In this document: positions 13,986-28,503 of the stretch, one piece after another
How the letters are laid out: every line of letters begins with the position of its first letter
Numbering within the stretch: the stretch's first letter is position 1
NCBI RefSeq assembly: GCF_004010195.1
Contig: NC_057719.1
Location: 35,774,684-35,838,683 of the forward strand
Direction of reading: 5' to 3'
DNA length: 64,000 nt
From: Chiloscyllium plagiosum
Taxonomy: Eukaryota
The notes under the pieces: generated by a model
Databases searched by the model: none
What the model saw: only the letters and a program-made list of their open reading frames with translations
What the model was told of the DNA's origin: nothing
Position numbers and translations under genes: made by a program

Positions 13986-15389
13986 TATTACTTCAATATT
14001 ATAGTAAGAGATTTCCCCAAAGTTCTTCATTTTCTCAAAACACCACTCAGAGTAGTCAACAAACACACAATCTGCCATCAGCCAGGATAAGTATCCAAAT
14101 GACACTTGATCCAAATGCATCAGGGAGAAAATGCAATCAATGATCTTGGTCATAGATAAAAATCAGAAATTCTATGAAGATATTAAACAAAAGCCTGCAT
14201 CTTTTAAACTGAACATTCCTAACAGGATTCTTGCTAGGGACACTTAGATTAATGATCAATATAAACAGTTCATTCACTCAGAATTAAAATTCTTGTAATA
14301 ATATTCCTATATTTTATGTTTAAATTACAAATCCAAAGTTTGAGGGTGGTTACAAGCTGTATTGCTACTGACAAGCTTGAGAAATGCTTGAGAAACAGAC
14401 AGATTTTGCCAAAAAAGTTTTCATCTTTCACTAATTAGGACAATTTTCTTAAATACCAATATAAAAGGAAATCATCATTTATACTGTAAAGGGATGGCTG
14501 ACTATTGGCCAGTGGACCTTGATTCATAAGAGATGCTATACCTGGTTTAAAATCTAAACAGAGGCTGGCAGTTAACTGTCAATAATTAACGACTGCAATC
14601 CCAGTGTTAAAAAAAATCTATCAAAGTCCATCAATTGTCTTTTTTCTCAATACTCAAGTTCTGTACAGCTAAAAGACAATTTGTATACGGACAAGCCATG
14701 TACAAACCTGGAGCAGAATGAAAATATAATTGCTTAAGTTATTGCAGTATAAGTTACGAAACTGATTAGGAGATAAAATGTTAGAACCACTATAGATGAG
14801 TAGTGCACTAAATTGAGAAAATTCCATGAAACATCTGAAAAGTCTATTTAGAAGCTAAATCCAGTTGCCATTTCTTTCCGCATACACTGTGAATTGCAAA
14901 AAAAAGTGCAATTCCTACATATGCATGGCAGTCAGAGATCTATTTTTACAATACTCACCACCTTTGAATCTGAAGCTTTTACTTTTTAAATCTGATTGGG
15001 CACAATGGAAAATGTGGTTAAAATAGTTTGACTTAATTTTCTCCTTTTAAATATAGTTTGAAGGATGCGTGCATTGCTGGTAAAGCCAGCATTTATTGCC
15101 CATGCTTTCATTGCCCAAGATGATTGTGAGGAGCTGTCTTCTTGAGTCTCTACATTTGTGTGGTGAAAATATTCCAGTAGATAAGGAGTTTAGTATCACG
15201 TGAATGATGGACAAGTCAAAGACGAACATCCATCTAGTTTCACCAATATAAAAACAAACTGCAACTTGCTCTTGAAATAGAAAGCGAACATTAGGAAAAA
15301 TTGAAGGAAATGAGCTTTTAAAAATTTTAGAACAGATTAATTTACAAAACTATGCAGAACAATGGCAATATTTCACAGTGAAATTAAAC

Positions 15390-17175
15390 CATAAGACACA
15401 GGAGCAGAATTAGGCCACTTGGTCCATCAGGTCTGCTCTGCCATTCAATCATGGCTGATCCATTTCTCAAACCCATCCTCTGCCTTTTCCCTGAAACCTT
15501 TGATCCACGTACTAATTAAGAACCATCTATCACCGCCTTAAGTGTACTCAATAAGTTGGCCTCCACACCTTTCTGTGGCTGTGAGTTGATTCACCACCTC
15601 TTATGAAATTGCACATCTCATTATAACAGGTCATCTCTTCATTCTGAGGCTTTGCCCTCAGGTCCTACTCTCTCCTGTTAGTGGAAACATCATTTCCACA
15701 GCCACACTATCTAGGCTGCTCAGTATTCTATGAGTTTCAATGAGATTCCCCCCTTCCCATTCTTCTCAATACCAAGTACAGACTCAGAGTCCTCAACTGC
15801 TCTAGTGACAAGCTCTTCATCCTTGGAATCATTCTTGTATAACTCTTCTGGATTCCCTCTCATGCCAGGAGAACGTGAAGACTGCAGATGCTGGAGATCA
15901 GAGTAGAGTGTATGTTGCTGAAAAAGTACAGCAGGTCAGGCAGCATTCGAGGAGAAAGGAATCGACGTTTTGGACATAAGCCTTCCTGATGAAGGGCTTA
16001 TGCCCGAAACGTCAATTCTCCTGTTCTTCTGATGCTGCCTGACCTGCTGTGCTTTTCCAGCACCATACTCTTGACTCCCTCCAATGCCAGCACAACCTTC
16101 CTTAATAATATGGAGCCCAAAATTACTCTTAATATTCCATTATGCAGGCTGACTGGAACCTGATACAGTCTCAAAAGCACAACCCTACTCTTGTATTGTA
16201 TCCCCCTTCAAATTAATGCTAACATTGCATTAGCCTTCCTAACTGCTAACTACCAAGTGAACCTAAAAGTTAACCTTAAGAGAATCCTGACCGAGGACAC
16301 GCAAGTCCATTTGTGCTTCAGATTTCCAAAGCCTTTCCCAATTTAGAAAATAGTCTACATCTCTGTTCTTCCTACCAAAGTGCATAGCCTTAAACTTTCC
16401 CACATTGTATTCCATCTGTCACTTCTTCGCCCAATCTCCAAGCCTGTCCAAATCCTTCCGGAGCCTCCCCACCTCCTTAATGCTACAGCCCCTCCATCCA
16501 TTGTGTCATCTACAAACTTAGCAAAAATGCCCTCAGCTCCTTCATCCATTGGCCAACTCTCTATCCATTGGCCAACTCTCTATCCATAGCAGTACCTTGT
16601 CCCTAACATCATGCGTTCTTGTCTTATTTAGAAGCCTCTTGTGCAGCATCTTGTTAAAGGTCTTCTGGAAATCCAAATAGATCATTATAGGAAGGGTGTT
16701 GTGAAACTTGAAAGGGTTCAGAAAAGAGGGACAAGGATGTTGCCAGGGTTGGAGGGTTTGAATTACAGGGAAAGGCTGATTAGATTGGGGATTTCTTTTC
16801 TGAGGGGAGACCTTACAGATGTTTATAACATCATGGGGGGAATGGACAGGGTAAACAGACATGGTCTTTTCGCCAGGGTGTTGGAATCCAGAACGAGAGG
16901 GCATGATTTAAGGTGGGACAGAAAGATTTAAAAGGGACCTAAAGGGGCAACGTTTTGATGCAGTGGGTGGAGTGTGTATGGAATGAGCTGCCAGAGGAAG
17001 GTGGAGGAGGCTAGTAAATTTATGACATTTAAAAGGCATCCAGATGGGTATATGAACAGGAAGGGTATGAATCAAAACTAGCAAATGGGACTAGATTTAT
17101 TTAGGACACCTGGTCAGCATGGACAAGTTAGACGAAGGGTCTGTTTCCATAACGTACATCTCTGACTCTATGACG
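15390..17175. mobile_element. CR1 cluster: minus-strand RT/3' end (15390-16685) abutting a plus-strand 3' end (16684-17175), with a PLE palindrome at 15871-16076
   Basis: YLDFQK.F.K..H.RLL.K, AKF.DDT, LERVQKR.TRMLPGLEGL. Confidence 0.8.
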
Positions 17176-17339
17176 TCCACCGGATCTCCTTTGTTAAACA
17201 ATCAACCCATCACTAACCAGCAATTCTACCTTCACTTAATACCTTTGGTTTTATAATTTTCCTTGCAACAGCACAGCCTATCTACTCTTCAGTTTAAAGC
17301 CTAATCTATAGTCCAAGTTGTGATTCGCTAGAACTCTGG

Positions 17340-18290
17340 CACCAGTACTGGGGAAGGAGGAAGCTGTTCCGACGGGACAGGCTCCACCTGAATCATGCTG
17401 GGACCATTCTCCCACACCAATCCTTGAGCTATAGGTTTACCTCTTTACCTTTTGTTGATCGTGTGCCAATTAGCTTGCGTCTCAGGCGGGATCCTGAAGA
17501 TTTCTGGTTCTGCTTAATTTAGTTGCTAGTTGCACATATTCCCTCAGCAGAGCTTCTTTCTACCTATATCGTTAGTACCTACATGGACCACAATAACTGG
17601 ATCTTTCTCCACCCTGGATTTCCTCTCAAACAGCTGCTCCCAATCTACATTTCCCAGCTCCTGCTGAATTTTGGTATTGTTGGCTATCCCCCAATTTAGC
17701 ATTCTTCCTTTAGGACCACTCTTGTCTTTGTCCACGAGTATTCTAAAACTTATGAAACTATTCCCAAAGTAATCCCCAACTGAAACGTCAACCACCTGGC
17801 TGTGCTCATTTCCTAACACCAGGTCCAGTATGGCCCCTTCTGGAGTTGGACTATTTACATACTGCTCTAGAAAACTCTCCTGGTTGCTCCTTACAAACTC
17901 TGCTCCATCTAGACCTCTGACATTAAGTGAATCCCAGTCAATGTTGGAAAAATTAAAATCTCCTACCACCATCACCCTGTTGCTCCTACATCTTTCCATG
18001 ATCTGTTTACATATTTGTACTTCTATCTCACATTTGCTGTTGGGAGGCCTGTAGTACAGCCCCAACATTGTTACTGAGCTCTGAGGCCTGTAGTGCAGCC
18101 CCTATTTCTGAGCTCTGCCCATTTTGCCTCACTGCTCAAGTCTTCCATAGTGCCCTCCTTCAACACAGCTGTGATATCCTCTCTGACCAGTAATGCAACT
18201 CCTCCACCCCTTTTACCTCCCATTCTATCCTGCCTGAAGCATCGATGTTCTGGGATATTTGGCTACAAATCATTCCCTTAACCAAGTCTC
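17340..18290 (-). mobile_element. Rearranged CR1 fragments (AP endonuclease joined to ORF1 esterase)
   Basis: GLYYRPPNS..VVGDFNF.NIDW..GAILDLVLGNE, then VIVVHVGTNDIG. Confidence 0.8.
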
Positions 18291-18999
18291 AGTAAAGTCC
18301 ATTGTTGAATTCTGGAAAGTCTGCCCTTTCTTTCCTCTAATGTCCTTACATGCTCTTGGGTTCACAAGATATTTTGATGGAATACAAACAGATTTTAAAA
18401 AAAGTTAACTCAAAAGTTGGTTTACAGTTTGTTGCTGTGTAGCCTTCTGGAAAGAATATTTGCCAGTTTGGATTTCATGCTGCTTTTAATCTTAAGAAAT
18501 GAGAAATACGTTAATAATAGCATTTCTTAATGGCTCTTTGATGGTTGGAGAATATAACTTATATTTGACCTCCTTCAAAACCATGCAAAAATCCTCCTGA
18601 ACTTCCTCACATTGGAACTTCAATCAACCCTTTGAACTGAATAGTAACCCAACTGTTCATCAACACTAGAAATAATTTCTGAAACTTCTATTTGTACCAG
18701 CTAGAGTTATACAAGATGGGTGAGAAGCTGCAAGGGTTCTAAAATTCTTGAAGATGTTCACACTCAAGTTCCTAAATACACTAAGGGAATCATACTGCAG
18801 TTTGCACTTTTGCAGTAACAGAACTTATCTACAACAACATGGGTATTAGCTACCCCCAAAAAATGTTCCTATGGAATTGTAGAAGATCAACCTTGAGCTG
18901 GCCGCTTTCATTTACACCAGATTCAAGAAAATTCTTTCCACCTTTAATACTTTTAAAAGATTTCAATGCAGATGATTTTATGATTCCCAGAGTACGGCA

Positions 19000-20935
19000 G
19001 ATGGTTTAACGGCAATTTAAAAGATATGAAAAAGTGATGTGACCAAACCTCCAAGCACAACAGCAAATAAGGATCCCCAAGGAATAAAAAGAGAAAGCAA
19101 TACATTAGTAATGGGTGACTTTAATCTTTGTGTATATTGGGATTGTTAATTCTTCCTCTACCAATTGGACTGAGAGCATGTGGGACAGTTTCCGAGAAAA
19201 ATGTGTTATGGATCTAACAATGCTATTTTGGATGTGATGTGTAATGAAGCAGCGTTTGTATGTGACGTCAAAGTATAAGATCTCCTAGATAAAACTGAAT
19301 AGAACAGGGCAAAATTCAGTTTTAGGAGGGAAACTTGGATCAGAAACAACTGTGTAAGCTTTAATGAGGGCAAATACAAAGGATTATGGGCAGAAGTGGC
19401 TGGAGTGGACTGGGAAAAGAGTTCAGCAGCAAAGACGGTTGAGGAACAACGTCTAAGAAAATAGTTCATGTCTCACAGCAAAGATATATTCCAGTGAGGA
19501 AGAAGGGATGGTGCAGGAGGGAGGGATTCCGGTATCTGGATAACTGGGGTTCTTTCTGGGGAAAATAGGACCTCTATAAACAGGATGGTCTACACCTGAA
19601 CCTGAGGGGCACCAGTATCCTTGGGGGGTGATTTGCTAGTGCTCTTTGGGGGGGTTTAAACTAACTCTGCAGGGGCATGGGAACTTAGACTGTAGCTTTA
19701 GGGTGCAGGACCTGGAGTGTAGGGAGCTTAGGAACATGGCATCAATCTCAAAGGAGGGTGCCTGTAAACAGGAAAGTGGCTTGAAGAGTGTATACTTCAA
19801 TGCAAGAAGTATACGAAATAAGGTAGGTGAACTTGCAACGTGGGTTGGTACCTGGNNNNNNNNNNNNNNNNNNNNNNNNNNNNNNNNNNNNNNNNNNNNN
19901 NNNNNNNNNNNNNNNNNNNNNNNNNNNNNNNNNNNNNNNNNNNNNNNNNNNNNNNNNNNNNNNNNNNNNNNNNNNNNNNNNNNNNNNNNNNNNNNNNNNN
20001 NNNNNNNNNNNNNNNNNNNNNNTTCTGAATAAGCCTACCATGGGGAACCTTATCAAATGTCTTGCTAAAATCCATGTACACCACATCCACTGCTCTACCT
20101 TTATCTATGTGCTTTGACACATCCTCAAAGAATTCAATAAGGTTTGTGAAACACGACCTGCCCCTCTCAAAGCCATGCTGACTATCTCTAATCAAAGCAT
20201 AGTTTTCCAAGTATTCACAAATCAAGTCTCTCTTCTGCCCACCACTGACGTAAGACTGACTGACCTGTAATTCCCAGGGTTATCCCTATTCCCTTTCTTG
20301 AACAAGGGAATAACATTTGCCACCTTCCAATCATCTGGTACTACTCCAGTGGACAGTGAGGACAGAAAGATCATTGCCACAGGTGCAGCAATCTCTTCCC
20401 TCACGTCCTGTAGTAACCCAGGGTATATTCCATCTGGCCCACGGAATTTATCTATCCTTATGTTTTTCAAAATGTTCAGCACATGCTCCTTCCTAACATC
20501 AACCTGTTTGCGCATATCAGTCTGTTTCATGCTGTCCACACAAACATCAAGGTCCCTCTCAGTAATGAACACTAAAGCAAAGTATTCATTAAGTACTTCC
20601 CCTACTTCCTCTAACTCCAGACGCAAGTTCCCTCCACTATCTCTGATCAACCCTAACCTCACTCTGGCCATTCTCTTGTTCCTCACAAGTTTAGGATAAC
20701 TTAGGGTCTTCCTTAATCCTACCCACTAGAGATTTTTCGTGCTCGCTTCTAGCTCTCAAGTTCACTCTTCAGTTTCTTCCTGGCTACCTCGTAACCATCT
20801 AAAGCCCTGTCCGATCCTTGCCTCCTCAACCTTAAGCAAGCCTCCTTCTTCCTCTTGACTAGATGTTCCACACCCCTTGTCACACAAGGTTCCTTAACCC
20901 TACCATCCCTTCCGCGCCTCAGTGGGACAAACCTG
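19000..20935. mobile_element. CR1 fragments of opposite orientation flanking the N gap 19856-20022
   Basis: Plus strand: YFNARSIRNK..ELA.W. Minus strand: SQHGF..GRSC.TNLIEFFE..VDVVYMDFSK.FDKVPH and GPDGIYP..PDDWKVANVIPLFKKG..PGNYR. Confidence 0.85.
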
Positions 20936-21380
20936 ATTACATTAATCTATTCTTATCGGACATCCACCCACCACTTTTTAAAATTCATTTGTTGGCTATG
21001 ATCTCCTGCTGTTTCATAATTATGAAATTTCAGCCACTTATACAAAGAGATCATGGTTAATTAACAAAATAAAACTATACACAAAGTGCTTAATACACAT
21101 CTAAAAGTGTGGTGCTGGAAAAGCACAGCAGGTCAGGCAGCATCCGCAGAGCAGGAGAGTTGACGTTTTAGCTATAAGCCCTGAAAATTCTTGATGATGG
21201 GCTCATACCTGAAACACACATCAGAGCCACACTTTTCAACTCTGATCTCCAGCATCTGCAGTCCTTACTTTCTCCTAAATGTACATGTGTACAGTTAACT
21301 AAAAATGCATGTTTTGGTAATTCTAAAACATGTTCAAGTTCAAGTTCTTTAAATACATGCAGAACATTGACAACGATCTA

Positions 21381-21545
<165 letters not shown>

Positions 21546-22528
21546 TCAACAAGCATAAAACAATTTCACTACAATATGCAAAGTATGATTTTAATAAGAT
21601 TTCTAATTATTAAAAGATTATTCTGAGGAAAGAAATTTCTCCTCATCAATAGCTGCAATAGGATACATTTCTCTCATGGAAATGAAGTACTATACTGGAC
21701 AACACAACTTAAAGTTGTTTAATTTTGGTGTGTTTTAAACATGACTGGACTTTCTCATGATCTGGTTGTGTGACTATGATAACAATTAGCTTCAGAAGAT
21801 CATGAAGTGACAGAGGGAAGCTAGGGGAGACAGTATCAAAGTGGTAATCTCACTGGACTACTAATCTATAACTCTACTTTAAAATGTTCTGGACAATTGG
21901 ATTTCAATTCAATCATGGCAGGAATTGAATTCACATTTCACTAAAAGTCTGAAATTTTAAAAATGGCAATTATATAACCTTTGATAATTGTAAAAACCAA
22001 TCTGGTTTACCATGTAGTTAGGGAAGGAAATCTGCCATCCTTCCCTAATCTGGCCACATGTGACTTCAGATTCTGAACAATGTGGTTGACACTTAACTGT
22101 CGGCCATGCATTTAGAATGGCATAGAAATGCTGGCCAAGGTAGCAATGGCCACATTCCATCAACGAATAAAAAAAGTCTTCTGTGTTGATTCTCCCCTGG
22201 ATCATGTATTTTTAAAAAAATGCCCCTATAATTGACTTTTAGCAGATATTATCAAAAGCCTGTCCATGCATACTTTAAATAAAAGACTTCTTGACTTGTC
22301 CCACAGCAAGACTGAGGGAGGAAAATTATCACCACATGTGTAACATCAGGTTAGTGGGGAACAAAGCAAAGAAAGGACCCTTTATTGATATGTGTTGGTC
22401 ATCACATTTCCTTTACACACAACTACTCACAAATGTTTGAAGGGCTCTTGTGGTGCAGGTATAGTGCCATGTGCTCCAAAGGCATATAATAACATCTCTG
22501 AACATATCGATTAAACAATAAATCAAGT

Positions 22529-22848
22529 AGGGGTTTAGATAGGGTTGACCATGAGAACCTTTTTCCACGTATGGAGTCAGCTATTACGAGGGGGCATAGC
22601 TTTAAATTAAGGGGTGGTAGGTATAGGACAGATGTTAGGGGTAGGTTCTTTACTCAGCAAGTCGTGAGTTCATGGAATGCCCTGCCAGTAGCAGTGGTGG
22701 ACTCTCCCTCTTTATGGGCATTTAAAAGGGCATTGGATAGGCATATGGAGGATAGTGGGCTAGTGTAGGTTAGGTGGGCTTGGATCGGCGCAACATCGAG
22801 GGCCAAATGGCCTGTACTGCGCTGTATTTTTCTATGTTCTATGTTCTA
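22529..22848 (+). mobile_element. CR1 3' end with (TTCTATG)n tail
   Basis: TRGHSFKL....RFFTQ.VV..WNALP, ending TTCTATGTTCTATGTTCTA. Confidence 0.85.
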
Positions 22849-23539
22849 AGGGATACAGCAACCATAGTTAACTATGGAAGTTAAGGATAGCATTAAATTG
22901 AAAGCAAAAACATGCAATGCTGCAAAGATTAGTAGTATGCCAATGGATCGGGAAGGTTTCAAAAACAAAGATAATCTGAAGAACGAGGGAGAAAATAAAC
23001 TATGAGGATAAATGTGCACGTAACATTATGATGGACAGCAACACTTTAAAATAGAGAGAAGCCAAAATGATCACAGGCACCTTAGAAAAATGAGTGAGAA
23101 AATAATGACAGGGGACCTGAAATTAACTGAGGATTTCAATAAATACTTTGCATCAATCTTCACAATAGAAGACATTAATAGCATTCCAAAATTACTAATT
23201 CAAGTGGCAAAAGGAGGAAAAGTAATAAATTCAATACGTATTGCTACAGAAAAAGTGCTCGGGAAACTAAAGGAGCTAAGGACCAACAAGTCCTCTAGAC
23301 CTGATGTGATACATCCTAACATATTAAAGGAAGTAGCTACAGAGATAGTGGATGAACTAGTGGCAATCTTCCAGGAATCCTTAGATTCTGGAGAAATCCC
23401 AGAGGATTAGAACCTTGCCAATGTAAGCGCTTTTTTAAGAAGGTAGGAGGCTATAGAACAAAAAAAAAAGGCCATTTAGTTTAACATCTACGATTGGGAT
23501 ATATTAGAGTCTTTCATAAAAGCTCCAAAAGTATTCTGG

Positions 23540-26500
23540 GTAATCCAAGATGGAGGACGGGAAAATTGTCATCGTAACAGCTACTCCTTTTTTTGAGGTA
23601 TTTTTCAGGAATTCTAGGAGCAGTAATTACCATCTTATAAGCTTTTGCATTGTCTTTGAACTCTGGGAAAAGATTAAATCAACAGCACTTTAAAAAAGGA
23701 GGTAAATAGGCAAAGTGGGAAGTGAATCAAAGAGAAATAAACCTGCACTGCTTCTGATGCAGCAATGAATCTGCATGGTTGACTGTTCTGCTGTTTGATT
23801 TCAAGTATCACTGGACATCAGACTTTGTCTAAGAAAAAATTAACAAACAGGGAAATTCACAACTGATCTTGGAGAAATCTGTGTTGGAGAGCTCACAGCG
23901 AGAGGACAGCTAAGTGGCCTTTTAAAGTGTAACTTTTTTTTTGTAAATCTACATTAGTGAGTAGAGTGGGTTCTTTTTTGATCATATGTTTTATTGAGAT
24001 CCGTCTCTTCATTAAATTTTAAAAATACAAAACATAGGTACTAAGTAAGCTGGGAAGTGTTTTTCAAAGCAGTAAGACTGCACTATTTTCTGGCTCTGTA
24101 GATTGGTAAGCTGCAAAGATGGCCCTGAATAAAATGATATGCTCTTCACATCAGGTGTGGGAGATTAGGGAGAGTTTCCATGTTACTGATGATTATGTCT
24201 GCAGAAAGTGTATTTGGTTGTGAATCCTATCAGATCACATGAATTGGTTGGAGCAGCAGTTAGAGGCAATGAGAAATTTACAGGAGCTGGGGGTGTGATG
24301 GTTGGCAATTGCAAGGAAGTATATCAACCAAAGATACAATCAGGTAGATAGGCTACCTCCAGGAAAGGTCGGAGAGGCAAGAAGGTCATGCAAGAGTCTC
24401 CTGTGGCCCTCCCCATCTCAAACAAGTATGCTGTTTTGGAAAACGTAGGGGCTGATCGACTCTCAGGGAACTGAAGCACTGACAGCCAGGTTTCTGATGC
24501 AGGTACTGAGACTGGCTCTAATGTAATGAGGGGTACATCAGGTTCCAAGCTACTGATTGTTAAAGGGGACTCTCTGGTCAGGGGCATAGACAGACATTTC
24601 TGTGGTGGCTGCAAGGCATCAGATTGGTGTGTTGCCTCCATGGTGCTAAGACCAAGGATATCGTGGAGAAGGTGCAGAATATTCTCAAAGGGAAGAGGGA
24701 CCAAGACGCCATTGTACGCATTGGAACGAATGACGTAGGGGAAGAAAAGGATGAAATTCTGAGGAGACAATATAGGAAGTTAGACAGGAATTTAAAAATG
24801 AGGTCCTCGACTGTAGTATTATCTGAATTACTCTCTGTGCCACGAGCTAGTGAGGGTATGAATAGGAGGACAGAGCAGATGAATCGTGATTAAGGAGCTG
24901 GCAGGAAGGGCTTACATTTTTGCATCCTTAGAATGTCTTCTGGGGTAGAAGTGACGTGTATAAGAAGGATGGATTGCACCTGAATTGGAAGGACATTAGT
25001 ATACAAGCGAGGAGATTTGCTCGAGCTGCTTAGGAGGATTTAAACTGGGCAAGGGGGAAGATAGTGAGAAAACACATTAGTCCGAGACTAGTACAGTTGG
25101 GAAAAGGACCAAGTCAAACAGTCAGGGCAGGCAGGAACAAGGCAGAGAACAAGGTAGGACTGTTAAATTAAAACACATTTATTTCAATGCAAGAGGTCTA
25201 ACAGGTAAGGCAGATGAACTCAGGGCATGGTTAGGAACACGGGACTGGGATATCATAGCAATTACAAAGATGCAGCTCAGGGACGGACAGGATTAGCAGC
25301 TCAATGTTCCAAGGTATAGATGTTATAGGAAGGATTGACAGGGGGTGGGATGGGTGGGGACAAGAGAGGAGAGGGGGGGGACAAGAGAGGAGAGGGAGTG
25401 ACATTTTTAATTAGGGATAATACTACTGCTGTACTTAAGGAGGATATTCCTGCGAACACATCCAGGGAAGTTATTTGGGTGGAACTGAGAAACAAGAAAG
25501 GGATGATCACCTTATTGTGATTGTACTATAGACTCCCAGCCATATTCAGCAGGAGGTTGAGAAACACATCTAAGGCGATCTCAGTATCTGTTAGAATAAT
25601 AGGGTGGTTATGGTGGGAGATTTTAACTTTCCAAACATAGACTGGGGCTGCCATACTGTTAAGGACTCGGATGGAGAGAAATTTGTTCGTCTGCACAAGG
25701 TTTTCTGATTCAGTATGTGAATGTACCTGCTAGAGAAGGTACAAAGTTTGACCTACTCTTGGGAAATAAGGCAGGGCAGGTGGCAGGTGTCAGTGGAGAG
25801 CACTTTGGGGCCAGTGACATAATTCTGTTCATTTTAAAATAGTAACAGGAAAGGATATCCCAGATCAGTGGAGAGCACTTTGGGGCCAGTGACATAATTC
25901 TGTTCATTTTAAAATAGTAACAGGAAAGGATATCCCAGATCTAAAAGTTGAAGTTCTAAATTGGCGGAAAGCCAAATTTGACGGTATTAAGCAAGAATAT
26001 TCAAAAATTGATCGGGGGCTGATGCTTACAGGTAAAGGGACAACCGGAAAATGGGAAGCCTTCAAAAATGAGATAACAAGAGTCCAGAAACAATATATTC
26101 CTGTTAGGGTGAAAGGCAAGGCTGATAGGTTTAGGGAATGCTGGATGACTAAAGAAATTGAGGTTTTGCTGAAGAAAAAAGAAAGCATATGTCAGGTATA
26201 GACAGCAGAGGTCGAGTGAATCCCTAGAAGAGTAGAAGGCAATAGGAGTATAGTTGCAGGAGATCAGGATGACAAAAAGGGAACACGAGACAGCTTTGGC
26301 AAATAGGCTGAAGGCAAACGCAAAGGGAGTCTACAATACATTAAAGGACAAAAGAGTAACTAGGGGCTCTTAAAGATGGGGAAAATACTAAATGAGTATT
26401 TTTGCATCAGTGTTTACTGTTGACAAGGACATGAAAGATATAGAACGAGGGGAAATAAGTAGCAACATTGTGAAAAAATGTCCATATTACAGTGGTGGTG

Positions 26501-28503
26501 GTACTGGCTGTCATAAAATGCATAAATGCCAGGGGCCTGATCAGGTGTACCCTAGAACTCTGTAGGAAGTAGAGAAATGATCTCAGTTCATTGCTGAGAT
26601 ATTTGTATCACTAATAGCCACAGGTAAGGTGCTGGAAGACTGGAGGTTGGATAATGTGGTGCCACTGTTTAAGGAAGGTGGAAAGGAAAAGCCAGGGAAC
26701 AACAGACTAGTGTGTGTGACATTGGTGGAGGGCAAGCTGTTGGAAGAAATCCCAAGGGACAGGATTTGCATGTATTTGGAAAGGCAAGGGTTGATCAGGC
26801 ATAGTCAACATGGCTTTGTGTGTGGGAAATCAGAGTCATAGAGATGTACAGCATGGAAACAGACCCTTCGGTCCAACCTGTCCATGCTGACCAGATATCC
26901 CAACCCAATCTAGTCCCACCTGCCAGCACCCAGCCCATATCCCTCCAAACCCTTCCTATTCATATATGTTTCATGATTTGATTGAGTTTTTTTGAAGAGG
27001 TAACAAAGAGGGTTGATGAGGGCAGAGCAGTAGACGTGATCTATACGCATTTCAATAAGACATTCAACAAGGTTCCTCATAGTAGACTGGTTACCAAGAT
27101 TTGATCACATGGAATACAGCCATTTAGATATAGAACTGTCTCGAAGGTAAAAGACAGCAGGTTGTGGTGGAGGGTTGCTTTTCAGACTGGAGGCCTGTGC
27201 CCAGTGGTGTGCCACAAGGATCGGTGCTGGGCCCACTGCTTTTCGTCATTTATATAAATGATATGGATGTGAGCATAACAGGTATGATTAGAGGATCGGT
27301 GCTGGGCCCACCATAACAGGTATGATTAGATTCCCTACAGTATGGAAACAGGCTCTTCAGCCCAACAAGTCCACAACGACTCTCCGAAAAGTAACCCACC
27401 CAGACCCATTCCCCTGACTAATGCACATTACACTATGAGCAATTTAGCATGGTTAATTCTCTTGACCTGCACATTCTTGGATTGAGGGGGGGAAACTGGC
27501 ACCCAGAGAAAACCCACGCAGACACAGGGAGAATGTGCAAACTCCACACAGACAGTCACCCGAGGCGGGAATTGAACCCGGGACCCTGGCAGTATGAGGC
27601 AGCAGTACTAACCACTGAGCCACCATAGTATAGTTAGTTTGCAGATGACACCAATATTGGAGGTGTAGCGTACAGCAAAGGAGGTTACCTCAGAGTAAAA
27701 GAGGATTCTTGATCGGTTAGGCCAATGGACCCAGGGGTGGCAGATGTGAAGTTTAATTTAGATAAATGCGAGGTGCTGCATTTTGGAAAGGCAAACGAAG
27801 GCAGGACATTATACTTAATGGTAAGGTCCTGGGGAGTGTTGCTGAATAAAGAGACCTTGGAGTGCAGGTACATAGTTCCTTGAAAGTGGAGTCACAGGTA
27901 GATAGGATAGTGAAGGCGGTGTTTGTTATGCTTTCCTTTATTGGTTAGAGCACTGAGTATAGGAGTTGGTAGGTCATGTTGCAGCTGTACAGGCCATTGG
28001 TCAGGCCACTTTTAGAGTACTGCATACAATTCTGGTCTCCCTGCTATAGGAAGGATGTTGTGAAACTTGAAAGGGTTCAGAAAAGATTTACAAGGATGTT
28101 GCTATAGTTGAAAGGTTTGAGCCATAATGAGAGGCTGAATAGGCTAGGGCTATTTTCCACAGAGCATTGGAGGCTGATGGGTGACCTTACATAGGTTTAT
28201 AAAACGATGAGTGGCATGGATACAGTAAATGGACCAGAGCACAGAACTCTGAAACTAGAGGGCATAGGTTTGAAGTGAATGGAGAAAGATTTAAAAGGGA
28301 CCTTAGGGGCCACCTTTTTACACAGATGGATTGAGCTGCCAGAGGAAGTGGTGGAAGCTGGTACGATTACAACATTTAATAGAAAAGGTTTAGAGGGTTA
28401 TGGGCCAAATGCTAGCAAATGGGATTAGATAAATTTAGGCGATCTGGTGGGTATGGGCATGTGGACCAAGGATCTGTTTCCATGCTGTACATCTCTATGA
28501 CTC
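23540..28503 (+). mobile_element. Near full-length degraded CR1 LINE (ORF1 zinc finger + SGNH esterase; ORF2 APE + RT)
   Basis: ORF1 ~24119-25045: CSS..VWE..YVCRKC, GDSLVRGIDRHFCG, VCCL.GA, IGTND. ORF2 from ~25170: [50 protein letters not shown]. Ends CATCTCTATGACTC. Contains a 75-bp tandem duplication (25791-25940). Confidence 0.9.
27328..27626 (-). mobile_element. HE1-like tRNA-derived SINE
   Basis: Reverse-strand homologue of the SINE at 35813-36123 (TGGCTCAGTGG A box, GGTTCAATTCC B box). Confidence 0.8.
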
